From: an uncultured Clostridia bacterium
Lineage (GTDB): Bacteria; Bacillota; Clostridia; UMGS1883
NCBI GenBank assembly: GCA_947629005.1
Contig: CANRCD010000001.1
Coordinates: 159,550 to 223,549, forward strand
DNA: 64,000 bases
Reading direction: 5' to 3'
The translations under genes were made by a program, and so were the position numbers. The notes under the pieces were generated by a model. The model made no database searches, was not told the origin of the DNA, and was given only the letters and a program-made list of their open reading frames with translations. How positions within the stretch are numbered: the stretch's first letter is position 1; each line of letters begins with the position of its first letter. Of this stretch, positions 20,130 to 30,105 are shown in pieces.

Positions 20130-22143
20130 CGGAGTTAAAATAATTCTCGCCGCCGCGATTATCGCGGCAATGCTGCCCACTGCCTTTGTCCGTGTGCGTA
20201 ATGAGAGCCGCAACCGCAGCGTTGTGGTTTCTCTGCTGTATAATGATATAAAAATGAAGCTCTCGAAAAAAGACCTCGACGAGCAGCTTGACGAATACAA
20301 AAAGCTGGGCGTGAATACCGTGACCGTGCAGGAGGAGGACCTTAACTCCCTCGCGAACAGCGGCACTGTGACATGCCTTAAGTATAACGTGCTCCTCCAT
20401 AAGTACGAGGAGGAAAACGAGGACATGATTGCTCAGATTCGCGACCTGCCCGATATCACGAACGACAGCTACGTACTGATAACCAAACGCGATGTGAGCA
20501 AAGCGCTGCTGCGGGAATGGATACCGCTCAAGTACTCTAAGGACGAGTATGCCTTTTTCACAACCGCCGAAAACGCCGACCTTTACGTGCTTTACGACGG
20601 GACGCCCCAGATGCACCAGATAAGCGTCGGCTACCGCGAGGACGACTTTGAGTACCTGCGCAGCAAAGGCTTCGATATCGCTATGGACGCCAGAATAAAG
20701 AACTATTCCGTGCTCGACTATCTTGACGAGTACGATAGGCTCATCAAAACATACGGCGTAAAGTTTTTTGACATACGGGACAACTCCCGCCACCCCAAGA
20801 AGGAAACCGACGCCAAGGCTAACTATGAGGGGATAAGCAGACTTATCAAGGATAACGATATGACGCTTGTCGTGTCGGAAAATCCTGACCAGCTCAGCAA
20901 CGAAAAGCCCATCGGCTATAACACGATTTTCCGCGACAATCAGGACAATGTTATTCGCGCATACGAGAGCTACATCGTTCAAAAAGGCGACCCTACAGAG
21001 TATATGTTCCGCTATTACCAGCACCTTAATTCCACTATTGACCGCAATATTCGCTTCATAAATGTTACGCAGGTGACTAACGCCAACGGGACACATTTGG
21101 AGCAGAACGAGCTTACTAAAAAGGCTGTAAAGGCTTATATCGACAAGATAAACTCTCTCGGCTATAACACAAACAGCTTTGAGCTGGATTATGACTACAC
21201 TGTGAACCGCCGCCTTGTCAGTGCGCTTGCTCTTGTGCTTATGGGCATAATGCTGCTGACTATGATAGAGTGGCTGGCCGGCAGGAGCTATAAGGTTCTG
21301 ACCTGCCTCGCGGCCCTTGGCTGCGCGTTTGGCTTTTTAGCCACCTTCCGCCTTCCGGAGAGCCTTGTGCAGCTTTATCCCAGTCTTTTTGCCCTGCTCG
21401 CGCCGTGCTTTTGCCTTACGGCGGCTTTCGTATTCGCCGCGAAAAACAGGGACGCTCTTAAAACCGCGCCCTATATCGCCGGCCTTTTGGCGCTTTCGCT
21501 CGGCAGCCTCTGCCTTGCCGGTCTTGTGCAGGGCGTGCTGCTCAGCGGTATTGACTACTATATCAACTTTTCCATCTTCCGCGGAATAAAGCTTAGTCTT
21601 TACGCGCCCATGGTTTACAGTATGCTGGCCTACTACATGATTTTTGTCAAGACCAGCAACGTCAATATCATTCTGGACGCAAAAAGGCTGATGACCTCGG
21701 ATATAAAGGTATACTGGATGCTGCTTGTCGCGGCGTTTGCGGCGGTGGGCGTGGTGTATATCATACGCAGCGGCAACGTAAACGAAATAAGCGGCTTTGA
21801 GGATTGGATGCGCACCTTCATAACCGAGCATTTTCCTGCCCGCCCCAGAACCAAGGAATTCATCGCTTGGCCCTGCCTTATGCTTTTCGCCTACTATACG
21901 AAAGTTAAGCGCGTGCCGTTGGCTTCGTTTGTGTTTGGCGTGGGCGGCTCTATCGTGTTTGCGTCAATTATCAACAGCTTCTGCCACGTGTTCACCAATC
22001 TGCTCACAATATACACCCGCGTGGGCGTGGGCGCGCTTATCAGCTTGTTTATCTGCGCCGCCGTATACATTGCTAATATGGTATTCCTGAAGATGGTTGA
22101 CGCTGTCCGCAGGCTTGAGGTAAAGTACGCGGATGAAAAATAA
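20107..22143 (+). CDS. Large membrane protein with an N-terminal TM, a ~360-aa extracytoplasmic domain and a C-terminal ~8-TM bundle (possibly DUF5693-like)
   Basis: 678 aa. AGGAGG RBS and an ATG lying 23 nt inside the murJ 3' end (translational coupling). No recognisable catalytic motif. Confidence 0.5.
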   Translation: MNKSKLYNGVKIILAAAIIAAMLPTAFVRVRNESRNRSVVVSLLYNDIKMKLSKKDLDEQLDEYKKLGVNTVTVQEEDLNSLANSGTVTCLKYNVLLHKYEEENEDMIAQIRDLPDITNDSYVLITKRDVSKALLREWIPLKYSKDEYAFFTTAENADLYVLYDGTPQMHQISVGYREDDFEYLRSKGFDIAMDARIKNYSVLDYLDEYDRLIKTYGVKFFDIRDNSRHPKKETDAKANYEGISRLIKDNDMTLVVSENPDQLSNEKPIGYNTIFRDNQDNVIRAYESYIVQKGDPTEYMFRYYQHLNSTIDRNIRFINVTQVTNANGTHLEQNELTKKAVKAYIDKINSLGYNTNSFELDYDYTVNRRLVSALALVLMGIMLLTMIEWLAGRSYKVLTCLAALGCAFGFLATFRLPESLVQLYPSLFALLAPCFCLTAAFVFAAKNRDALKTAPYIAGLLALSLGSLCLAGLVQGVLLSGIDYYINFSIFRGIKLSLYAPMVYSMLAYYMIFVKTSNVNIILDAKRLMTSDIKVYWMLLVAAFAAVGVVYIIRSGNVNEISGFEDWMRTFITEHFPARPRTKEFIAWPCLMLFAYYTKVKRVPLASFVFGVGGSIVFASIINSFCHVFTNLLTIYTRVGVGALISLFICAAVYIANMVFLKMVDAVRRLEVKYADEK

Positions 22144-22642
22144 CATCGTTATGATAGGTATGCCCGGGGCGGGGAAAAGCACCGTAGGCGTCGTACTGGC
22201 AAAAAACCTCGGGTTGGACTTTGTCGATCTTGACCTTGTTATCTGCCGACGGGAACGGGCCGCGCTTCAGAAGGTTGTGGATAGGAATACCCACGAGGAC
22301 TTCCTCCGCATTGAAAGCGAGGCCGCGCTTTCGATAAACGCCGAAAACAGCGTTATAGCTACCGGCGGCAGCGTTGTTTACGGCGAGGCCGCAATGGCCC
22401 ACTTGGCTGAAATAGGCGTTATCGTATACCTTAGAGCGAGGCTCGCGGAGCTTGAAAAAAGAATTGGCAACCTTAAAACGCGCGGTATAGCCTTTCGCCC
22501 GGGGCAGACGCTGGCCGAGCTTTACGCCGAGCGAACGCCGCTTTACGAACGATGGGCGGACATTACCGTTGACAGCCGAGCCGGTGAAAGAATTGAGGAT
22601 ACGGCGCGGAAAATAAAAAACCTTTTGAAGGAATCATTATGA
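22133..22642 (+). CDS. aroK: Shikimate kinase
   Basis: IVMIGMPGAGKSTVG P-loop and ~170 aa length. Overlaps both neighbouring genes. Confidence 0.85.
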   Translation: MKNNIVMIGMPGAGKSTVGVVLAKNLGLDFVDLDLVICRRERAALQKVVDRNTHEDFLRIESEAALSINAENSVIATGGSVVYGEAAMAHLAEIGVIVYLRARLAELEKRIGNLKTRGIAFRPGQTLAELYAERTPLYERWADITVDSRAGERIEDTARKIKNLLKESL

Positions 22643-23643
22643 CAGGCAGCTTTATTGAGGGGCAGAGGGCGTTGGAGCGGCTTCTGTCCGACGTCAGGAA
22701 CAAAACCGTAAGCCACGCCTATATTCTCTCGGGCCCGAGGGGCATAGGCAAAAAAACCGCCGCCCGCGTTTTTGCGAAGGCGCTGCACTGCACCGGCGAG
22801 AATAAGCCCTGCGGCCGCTGCTCGGCCTGTGTTCTGCACCGCGCGGGCACTCATCCGGATGTGACGTTTGTCGGCCCCGAGGAGAATGGCAACCTAAATT
22901 CCGACACGGTTCGCGCCGCCGCGGACGAGCTGTTTCTGAGGCCTGTTATGGCCGAAAAAAAGCTTTTGATAATTGACGGCGCGGACAGGATGAATAACGC
23001 GGCGCAGAACTCGTTGCTCAAAACCTTTGAGGAGCCGCCGGAATACGGAGTTGTAATGCTGCTGACGGAGGATTTGTCGAGTCTGCTGCCTACGATCCGC
23101 TCCCGTGGGGTGAAGCTTGAGCTTGAACCTTTTCCGCGCGAAAAAATAAAGACCTATGCCGAAAGGGAATACCCCGCCATGCGCGGCAAAAGCGACTTTG
23201 TGGCCGCCTACAGCGGCGGGAACATCGGCCGGGCCAAGGAAATATGCGAGGATGAGGACTTTTTTGCCCTCCGAGGCGAGCTGCTGACGGCGTTGTGCGG
23301 ACTCGGCGGCGGCAAGGGTTGTATTTTTCCGATAGCCGATATTTTTACCGGCGGCAGGCGCAAATACGACGCGGCTCACGCTTCGGCCTGTTTTGACCTT
23401 ATGCTTTCTTTTTTTGGCGACGCTTTGGCCGCGAAGACCGGCGGCAGTCTTGCGAACGCAGATTATGACGAACAGATACGGGCCTTCAGCTCAAGCGTGA
23501 CGGTTCGCGGCCTTACAGCCGCGGCGGAGCGCGCGGCTGTCACTATGGCGGAGCTGAACGCATCAATGAATTATACGCTTTGGATAACCGATATGCTTAT
23601 CAAATGTTGGGGGGATATTCATGGTAACGGTAATAGGAGTTAA
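22639..23643 (+). CDS. holB: DNA polymerase III subunit delta'
   Basis: HAYILSGPRGIGKKT AAA+ motif and a CGRCSAC zinc module. Conserved holB-yaaT order. Confidence 0.85.
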   Translation: MTGSFIEGQRALERLLSDVRNKTVSHAYILSGPRGIGKKTAARVFAKALHCTGENKPCGRCSACVLHRAGTHPDVTFVGPEENGNLNSDTVRAAADELFLRPVMAEKKLLIIDGADRMNNAAQNSLLKTFEEPPEYGVVMLLTEDLSSLLPTIRSRGVKLELEPFPREKIKTYAEREYPAMRGKSDFVAAYSGGNIGRAKEICEDEDFFALRGELLTALCGLGGGKGCIFPIADIFTGGRRKYDAAHASACFDLMLSFFGDALAAKTGGSLANADYDEQIRAFSSSVTVRGLTAAAERAAVTMAELNASMNYTLWITDMLIKCWGDIHGNGNRS

Positions 23644-24493
23644 ATTCAAGCTTGGCGGAAAAATATATTATTTTGATCCGAAGGATTTGGAGCTCAGTAT
23701 TGGCGACAATGTAATCGTCGAGACAGCCCGCGGAGTGGAATTCGGCACAGTGGCCATGGAACGCCGCGAGGTTCGGGAGGAGGACGTGGTATCGCCGCTC
23801 AAGGAGGTCGTTCGCGTTGCCACCGAGGCCGATAAGCAGCGCGTGGCCGAAAATAAAGCCAAAGAAAAGGAAGCCATCAGGATATGCGAGGAAAAAATCG
23901 CCGCGCACAAGCTCGGCATGAAGCTTGTGGAGGCGGAATATACCTTTGATAACAGCAAAATACTGTTTTACTTCACCGCCGACGGGCGCGTAGATTTTCG
24001 TGAGCTGGTAAAAGACCTTGCCTCGGTATTCAGGACGAGGATTGAACTTCGGCAGATAGGTATCAGGGACGAGGCGAAAATGCTCGGCGGCCTCGGTATC
24101 TGCGGGCGCACTCTATGCTGTACCGCCTACCTTGACGATTTTCATCCTGTTTCAATAAAAATGGCAAAGGAGCAGGGGCTCAGTCTTAATCCGACAAAAA
24201 TCAGCGGCGTATGCGGCAGACTGATGTGCTGTCTCAAACACGAGCAGAACTGCTACGACGAGCTGCTTAAGGTAACGCCAAACGTTGGCGCCAAGGTGCG
24301 CACGCCGGACGGCGACGGAATAGTCAGCAGCGTATCGCTCCTTAAAGGGCTGGTAAAGGTCAAGCTTGAAAAGGGCGACGAAAACGAGCTTGAGGAATAC
24401 AAGGTCGACGATATAAAGATACTTCGCGACAGCCGCAAGAGCCGCGGAGACGACGCGGATATGAAGGAGCTTAAAAAGCTGGAGGGCAAATAA
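23621..24493 (+). CDS. ricT: PSP1-domain protein YaaT/RicT (stage 0 sporulation / RNase Y regulator complex)
   Basis: Cys-rich PSP1 C-terminal region (GICGRTLCC...CGRLMCCLKHEQNCY). Position directly after holB. Confidence 0.8.
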   Translation: MVTVIGVKFKLGGKIYYFDPKDLELSIGDNVIVETARGVEFGTVAMERREVREEDVVSPLKEVVRVATEADKQRVAENKAKEKEAIRICEEKIAAHKLGMKLVEAEYTFDNSKILFYFTADGRVDFRELVKDLASVFRTRIELRQIGIRDEAKMLGGLGICGRTLCCTAYLDDFHPVSIKMAKEQGLSLNPTKISGVCGRLMCCLKHEQNCYDELLKVTPNVGAKVRTPDGDGIVSSVSLLKGLVKVKLEKGDENELEEYKVDDIKILRDSRKSRGDDADMKELKKLEGK

Positions 24494-25450
24494 GTGCGCG
24501 TTGTAATTCTGGACGGGGCAACTATGGGAAACGATATTGATTTCGGTCCCATTGTAAAACGGTTTGATACCGTCATATATGACCGCACCGCCCCTGACGA
24601 GCGCTTTGCCCGCGTGCGCGGGGCTGAGGCTGTCGTAATAAATAAGGTCGTCATAGACCGTGAAACCATTGACGCCGCGCCGAACCTTGAGCTCGTATGC
24701 GTGTTCGCCGTCGGATATAATAACATTGATATTGAATATTGCAGGCAAAAGGGAATAAGGGTTCGCAACGTACCCGACTACTGCCGCGAAAGCGTGGCGC
24801 AGCACACCTTCGCTCTGCTGCTGGAGCTTATTGAAAGCCTCGGCTACTACGATTATTTTGTTAAGAGCGGTGCTTACTCGGAGAGCGGCTTAGCCAACCA
24901 TCTTGGCCGCCCATTCATGGAAATAGCCGGCAAAAGCTGGGGCATACTCGGTATGGGAGGCATTGGACGCGCCGTGGCGCGGGCCGCTTCGGCCTTCGGG
25001 GCAAACGTGTCGTACGCTTCCCTTAGCGGAGCCGTCCGCAGGGAGGACTGGCCAAGAGTGGAGCTTAGCGAGCTGCTCAGCAAAAGCGATATATTGACAA
25101 TACATTCACCGCTGAATGAAAAAACAGCCAATATAATAAACCGCGGTACCCTTGCGCTGATGAAGCCGACAGCCGTGATTGTCAACGTGGGCAGGGGAGG
25201 GGTAATAAACTCCGCTGATCTCGCGGCTGCCATTGACACAGGTGCAATAGCAGGAGCTGCAATCGACGTATTCCCTGAGGAACCTCCCCGAGTTGACGAC
25301 CCGCTTATGACGGTAAAAAATAAGGACAGAATTGTGTTTTCGCCCCATATAGCTTGGGCCAGCGTCGAGGCCAGGGCTCGCTGCGTGGCAGTTACTGCCG
25401 AAAATATAGCCGCTTTCGTGCGGGGAAAGGAACATAACGACGTATGGTAA
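24494..25450 (+). CDS. D-isomer-specific 2-hydroxyacid dehydrogenase (glycerate/hydroxypyruvate reductase-like)
   Basis: GTG start with a GGAGGG RBS, a GxGxxGxxxA NAD-binding motif (GILGMGGIGRAVA) and the catalytic-domain signature. Confidence 0.75.
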   Translation: MRVVILDGATMGNDIDFGPIVKRFDTVIYDRTAPDERFARVRGAEAVVINKVVIDRETIDAAPNLELVCVFAVGYNNIDIEYCRQKGIRVRNVPDYCRESVAQHTFALLLELIESLGYYDYFVKSGAYSESGLANHLGRPFMEIAGKSWGILGMGGIGRAVARAASAFGANVSYASLSGAVRREDWPRVELSELLSKSDILTIHSPLNEKTANIINRGTLALMKPTAVIVNVGRGGVINSADLAAAIDTGAIAGAAIDVFPEEPPRVDDPLMTVKNKDRIVFSPHIAWASVEARARCVAVTAENIAAFVRGKEHNDVW

Positions 25451-26091
25451 AGGCGGTTATTTTTGATTTGGACGGGACGCTTATCGACACCATAGAGGAG
25501 CTCAGCAACGCCTCGAACTACGCGCTGACGCACCTTGGCTTTCCAACTTGGGAGATAAGCGATTACCGCGGCTTTGTGGGCAATGGGATCACCCGTCTGC
25601 TGCTTCGAAGCCTGCCCGAGGATGCCAAAGACAAAATCGACGAGGCGCGGGCATTTTTTAATGAATATTACAGCGCTCATGTACTGGATAACACTCCGGC
25701 GTACGATGGCATACCGGAGCTTATATCCGAGCTGAAAAGGCGCGGGATAGGCGTCGCCGTGAACACAAATAAGGCGCAGCCCTTTGCCTCGGCCATAATT
25801 GATAAAGTGTTTCCCGATACGTTTGCCGAGGTTATCGGCGACGAGGGCGGCTGGCCACGCAAGCCCGAGCCTGACGCCGCTCTGCACCTTGCCGAAGTGT
25901 TGGGAGCGAAACCGGACGAGTGCGTCTTTGTCGGCGACAGCGCCGTCGATTTACATACGGCGAAAAACGCCGGTATGATAAGCGCAGTCTGCACGTGGGG
26001 CTTTGTCCGCCGCGATATACTTGAGGAGGCCGGCTGCGAAATTCTTATTGACAAGCCGGAGGAATTGATAAGAATAATTGAAGAAAGCTGA
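25444..26091 (+). CDS. HAD-IA family hydrolase (phosphoglycolate phosphatase-like)
   Basis: DxDGTL motif (FDLDGTLIDT) and the later HAD motifs (VNTNK, GDSAVD). Confidence 0.75.
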   Translation: MVKAVIFDLDGTLIDTIEELSNASNYALTHLGFPTWEISDYRGFVGNGITRLLLRSLPEDAKDKIDEARAFFNEYYSAHVLDNTPAYDGIPELISELKRRGIGVAVNTNKAQPFASAIIDKVFPDTFAEVIGDEGGWPRKPEPDAALHLAEVLGAKPDECVFVGDSAVDLHTAKNAGMISAVCTWGFVRRDILEEAGCEILIDKPEELIRIIEES

Positions 26092-26094
26092 AAA

Positions 26095-26117
26095 AGCCTC
26101 CCGCAAAGGGAGGCTTT
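26095..26117 (+). terminator. GC hairpin AGCCTCCCgcaaaGGGAGGCT followed by a short T tract
   Basis: Read from the sequence, lying after the HAD hydrolase stop. Confidence 0.45.
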
Positions 26118-26175
26118 GCCATGTCGAAAACTCGCGCGGATTTTTGCCGATTGCCCCTTTGCGCACAATTAATTG

Positions 26176-26204
26176 TTGACTTTGGGACGTTAAAATGATA
26201 TAAT
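26176..26204 (+). promoter_or_regulatory. sigma-A promoter (TTGACT-17-TATAAT) for the pyr operon
   Basis: Consensus hexamers. A short, unstructured ~40-nt leader runs to the pyrB RBS. Confidence 0.65.
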
Positions 26205-26244
26205 TAAAAAAATGGCAAAAATACGCAGACAAAGGAGGAAAACC

Positions 26245-27180
26245 ATGCTGAGCGATAAAAAGGATCTTTTGGGCATTAAGGAGCTAACACCGGAGGAGAT
26301 AAGCGAAATACTTGACCTCGCGGGGAAAATGAAAAAGGTGGTTCTCTCAAACGGAAAAAAGCTCGATACGCTTAAGGGCCTCAGCGTCGTAACGCTCTTT
26401 TATGAAAACAGCACCCGCACAAGGCTTAGCTTTGAGCTTGCCAGCAAGTATATGTCGGCCGCCTCGGCCAACATAACCGCGAGCGGAAGCAGCGTGCAGA
26501 AGGGCGAAAGCCTTCTTGATACGGGACACACCATCGACCGCATGGGTACGGATATCATAATAATGCGCCATCAGTCGAGCGGCGCGGCTTCGTTTTTAGC
26601 GAAAAACGTAAAGGCGGGCGTAATCAACGCCGGCGACGGCATGAACGAGCACCCCACTCAAGCCCTGCTCGACGCGCTTACCATAAAGGAGCACAAGGGC
26701 GGCTTCAAGGGGCTGCGCGTGGCGATAATCGGCGATGTGCTCCACAGCCGCGTGGCGAGGAGCAACCTCTATCTGCTTAACAAAATGGGCGCAAGCGTCG
26801 CTATGGCCGGCCCCGCCACACTTATGCCGAAGGGAATCGAGGCCCTTGGCTGTGAGACATTTACCGATGTGGACAAGGCCGTAGCCGGCGCGGACGTTAT
26901 AATCAATCTGCGTATACAGCTTGAGCGGCAGAAATCCGCACTTTTCCCGACTGTGAGGGAGTACAGCGCCCGCTTCGGTCTGAACGAAAAACGGCTGACG
27001 CTGGCCGAACCCGACAAGCTTGTCATGCACCCGGGCCCAGTGAACAGGGGAGTGGAGATGAACAGCGCCGTCATCGACTGCGACCAATCCTTTATCGACG
27101 AGCAGGTCACAAACGGAGTTTCCGTTCGCATGGCCGTGCTTGACCTGCTGACAAGGAGGAAGAGAAATGCTGCTCATTAA
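26245..27180 (+). CDS. pyrB: Aspartate carbamoyltransferase catalytic subunit
   Basis: STRTR carbamoyl-phosphate-binding motif and an HPLP-like HPGP motif. Start at the ATG with an AAAGGAGG RBS. Confidence 0.9.
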   Translation: MLSDKKDLLGIKELTPEEISEILDLAGKMKKVVLSNGKKLDTLKGLSVVTLFYENSTRTRLSFELASKYMSAASANITASGSSVQKGESLLDTGHTIDRMGTDIIIMRHQSSGAASFLAKNVKAGVINAGDGMNEHPTQALLDALTIKEHKGGFKGLRVAIIGDVLHSRVARSNLYLLNKMGASVAMAGPATLMPKGIEALGCETFTDVDKAVAGADVIINLRIQLERQKSALFPTVREYSARFGLNEKRLTLAEPDKLVMHPGPVNRGVEMNSAVIDCDQSFIDEQVTNGVSVRMAVLDLLTRRKRNAAH

Positions 27181-28429
27181 AAACGGACATCTTATAGATA
27201 AATCTAACGGCCTCAATAAAGCCGCCGACATCCTGATAGACGGCGGCAAAATAGTCGAAATAGGCGAGAATCTCGCCGCCGAGGGGGCCGAGGTATACGA
27301 CGCTTCGGGCAAGTACGTAGCCCCGGGGCTTATAGATATGCACGTGCATTTGCGCGAGCCGGGCTTTGAGTATAAGGAGGACATCGAAAGCGGCTCGCGG
27401 GCCGCACAAAAGGGCGGCTTTACGGCGGTTTGCTGTATGCCTAATACCAAACCCGTGACCGACAGCGCCGCCGTTGTTAAGTTCATCAAGGCCCGCGCCG
27501 CCGAGGTTGGGTTGTGCAAGGTATACCCAATTGCGGCAATCACCAAGGGAATGCAGGGCGAGGAACTGACCGAAATGGCCGAGCTTAAGGACGCGGGGGC
27601 CGTTGCGGTTTCCGACGACGGCAAGCCCGTCAAAAGCGGCGGCGTTATGCAGAGGGCGATAAAGTACGCCTCGATGTTCGGCCTGCCTGTTATCAGCCAC
27701 TGCGAGGAGATGAGCCTTATGGACGGCGGCGTAATGAACGAGGGCCTAACGGCTACGAGCCTCGGCCTGCGGGGGATATCGCCCGCAGTCGAAGAGGTAA
27801 TGGTCAGCCGCGATATCATCATAGCCGAGCACGAGGGTCTGCCGGTCCACATCGCTCACATCAGCACCAAGGGCAGCGCCGAGCTTGTGCGTCAAGCAAA
27901 AAAACGCGGCGTTAAGGTTACGTGCGAAACCTGCCCTCACTATTTCACCCTTACCGAGGAGGCCGTGGGCGACTTCGACACCAACGCCAAGATGAACCCG
28001 CCGCTCCGCACGCAGGGGGACGTGGACGCGATAATCGCGGCCATTGCCGACGGCACGGTTGACGCAATCGTGACAGACCATGCACCTCACCATATCGACG
28101 AAAAGCGGCTGGAATTTGAGCTTGCCTTAAACGGCATAATCGGCCTTGAAACGAGTCTGCCGCTCGGGATAACGAAGCTCGTAAAAACAGGGAAAATATC
28201 CCTCGCAGACCTAATTTACCTTATGAGCGCGGGGCCTGCGCGAATCCTCGGGCTTGAGGCGGGCGAGATAAAGGTAGGCCGTGCGGCCGATCTCACGATT
28301 TTTGATCCGAACAAGAAATTTACCGTCGACGTTTCTTCCTTCCAAAGCAAAAGCAAAAACTGCCCCTACGACGGAATGGAGCTTTACGGAAAGGTCTATA
28401 ATACTGTATTGGACGGAGTTGTTAAATAA
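27167..28429 (+). CDS. pyrC: Dihydroorotase
   Basis: Amidohydrolase HxH metal site (DMHVHLREPG) and a long-form, PyrC-like length. Confidence 0.85.
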   Translation: MLLIKNGHLIDKSNGLNKAADILIDGGKIVEIGENLAAEGAEVYDASGKYVAPGLIDMHVHLREPGFEYKEDIESGSRAAQKGGFTAVCCMPNTKPVTDSAAVVKFIKARAAEVGLCKVYPIAAITKGMQGEELTEMAELKDAGAVAVSDDGKPVKSGGVMQRAIKYASMFGLPVISHCEEMSLMDGGVMNEGLTATSLGLRGISPAVEEVMVSRDIIIAEHEGLPVHIAHISTKGSAELVRQAKKRGVKVTCETCPHYFTLTEEAVGDFDTNAKMNPPLRTQGDVDAIIAAIADGTVDAIVTDHAPHHIDEKRLEFELALNGIIGLETSLPLGITKLVKTGKISLADLIYLMSAGPARILGLEAGEIKVGRAADLTIFDPNKKFTVDVSSFQSKSKNCPYDGMELYGKVYNTVLDGVVK

Positions 28430-29340
28430 TGGACAAACTGATAGAAGCCATAATCGCAAAGGACTACAATCCCACCGTGGCCGGCCTTGACCCCAAGCTC
28501 GACTACGTTCCCGAATTTATTCTTAAAAAGCACCTCGGCGGAGACGATCCGTTTGCCGGCGCTGCCGAGGCCTTGTTTGAGTTTAACAAAACCCTTATCG
28601 ACTGCCTTTATGACATTGTCCCCGCCGTAAAGCCGCAGTCCGCCTACTATGAGATGTACGGCATCGAGGGACTTAAGTGCCTAAAAAAAACGATGGACTA
28701 CGCCCAAAGCAAGGGAATGTACGTTATACTCGACGTGAAGCGCGGCGACATAGGAGCAACAGCCGAGGCTTACAGCCGCGCATATATCGGAAAAACCGAC
28801 ATCGGCGGCAAGGCCGTTCGTGCCTTCGGTCCGGATGGCATAACCGTCAATCCCTACCTCGGCACCGACGGGCTCAAGCCCTTTGTAAAGGACGCAGAGG
28901 AAAACGGAAAAACTCTTTTTATCCTTGTTAAGACCTCGAACCCCTCAAGCGGCGAGCTTCAAGACCTCGTGGTTGACAGTGAGCATATATACGAAAAAGC
29001 GGCGGCCCTTGTGCGCTCTCTCGGCGAGACGAGCGTTGGAGCCCACGGATACAGCAGCGTCGGCGCGGTTGTGGGCGCGACCTATCCCGAGCAGCTTAAG
29101 GAGCTGCGCGAAAAAATGCCGAACACCTTCTTCCTTGTGCCCGGCTACGGCGCGCAGGGAGGCAGGGCCGAGGACGTGGCCCTCGCCTTTGACGAAAACC
29201 GCCTCGGCGCAATCGTAAATTCAAGCCGCGGCATAATGTGCGCCTATAAAAAGGGCAATTGGAAACCCGAGCAGTTTGGCGAGGCGGCGAGGGCCGAGGC
29301 CATACGGATGCGCGACGACATACTTTCCCACGTGAAATAA
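28429..29340 (+). CDS. pyrF: Orotidine 5'-phosphate decarboxylase, type 2 (long form)
   Basis: ~303 aa type-2 ODCase with a DVKRGDIG catalytic motif. TAATG overlap with pyrC. Confidence 0.8.
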   Translation: MDKLIEAIIAKDYNPTVAGLDPKLDYVPEFILKKHLGGDDPFAGAAEALFEFNKTLIDCLYDIVPAVKPQSAYYEMYGIEGLKCLKKTMDYAQSKGMYVILDVKRGDIGATAEAYSRAYIGKTDIGGKAVRAFGPDGITVNPYLGTDGLKPFVKDAEENGKTLFILVKTSNPSSGELQDLVVDSEHIYEKAAALVRSLGETSVGAHGYSSVGAVVGATYPEQLKELREKMPNTFFLVPGYGAQGGRAEDVALAFDENRLGAIVNSSRGIMCAYKKGNWKPEQFGEAARAEAIRMRDDILSHVK

Positions 29341-29350
29341 GGGGTGCGAA

Positions 29351-30094
29351 ATGAGAGAAGATTTAAAATGCGTCATATCCGAAAGGAGGACGCTTCCCTC
29401 CGGCCAAGTGGAGTTCATACTTGATAACCCCCGCCTTGCCAAGGAGGCGGAGCCCGGCCAGTTCGTGCATATCGCCGTTGAAAACGGCAAAAATCTGCTG
29501 CGCCGCCCAATAAGCATTTGCGATGCGGCGGACGGGAAAACGAGAATTATTTTTGAGATAAAGGGCGAAGGCACAAAATGGCTCGCCGGGCGGAGCGTGG
29601 GCGATACGCTGACCCTAATGGGGCCGCTCGGGCGCGGCTTCGATCTTGACATCGGCGGCAGCGCCTTTATAATTGGCGGCGGGATAGGCGTTTTCCCGCT
29701 TTATATGCTGGCGAAAAAGCTTAAGAATCCCAAAATTTTCCTTGGATTCAGGAATAAGGATATGGTAGTTATGGAGGACGAATTCGCCGCCCTCGGGAAA
29801 ACGTTGGTAGCCACCGACGACGGCAGTTATGGCGAGAAAGGCTTTGCTATCGACCTTGCCGAAAAGGAGATTTCCGACTGCGATATTATTTATGCCTGCG
29901 GCCCCAAGCCTATGTTAAAGGCCGTAAAGGCTGTGGCCGAGCGGCACGGCGTCAGGGCGCAGATCTCGATGGAGGAGCGCATGGGCTGCGGCATAGGCGC
30001 GTGTCTCGTGTGCGTGTGCAAAACCACTACCGGAAACCGTCAGGTTTGCCTCCAAGGCCCTGTGTTTGACGCCAAAGAAATTATTTTTGACTGA
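29351..30094 (+). CDS. pyrK: Dihydroorotate dehydrogenase electron-transfer subunit
   Basis: FNR-like FAD/NAD fold with a C-terminal Cys cluster (CGIGACLVC) binding 2Fe-2S. Confidence 0.85.
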   Translation: MREDLKCVISERRTLPSGQVEFILDNPRLAKEAEPGQFVHIAVENGKNLLRRPISICDAADGKTRIIFEIKGEGTKWLAGRSVGDTLTLMGPLGRGFDLDIGGSAFIIGGGIGVFPLYMLAKKLKNPKIFLGFRNKDMVVMEDEFAALGKTLVATDDGSYGEKGFAIDLAEKEISDCDIIYACGPKPMLKAVKAVAERHGVRAQISMEERMGCGIGACLVCVCKTTTGNRQVCLQGPVFDAKEIIFD

Positions 30095-30105
30095 GGAGGG
30101 TAGCA

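Noticed and set aside
26117-26244. Expected PyrR-binding attenuator upstream of pyrB
   Set aside because: No UCCAGAGAGGCU-type binding loop and no terminator/anti-terminator pair was found. The leader is only ~40 nt.
26596-27852. 418-aa minus-strand ORF
   Set aside because: It lies antisense to pyrB/pyrC.
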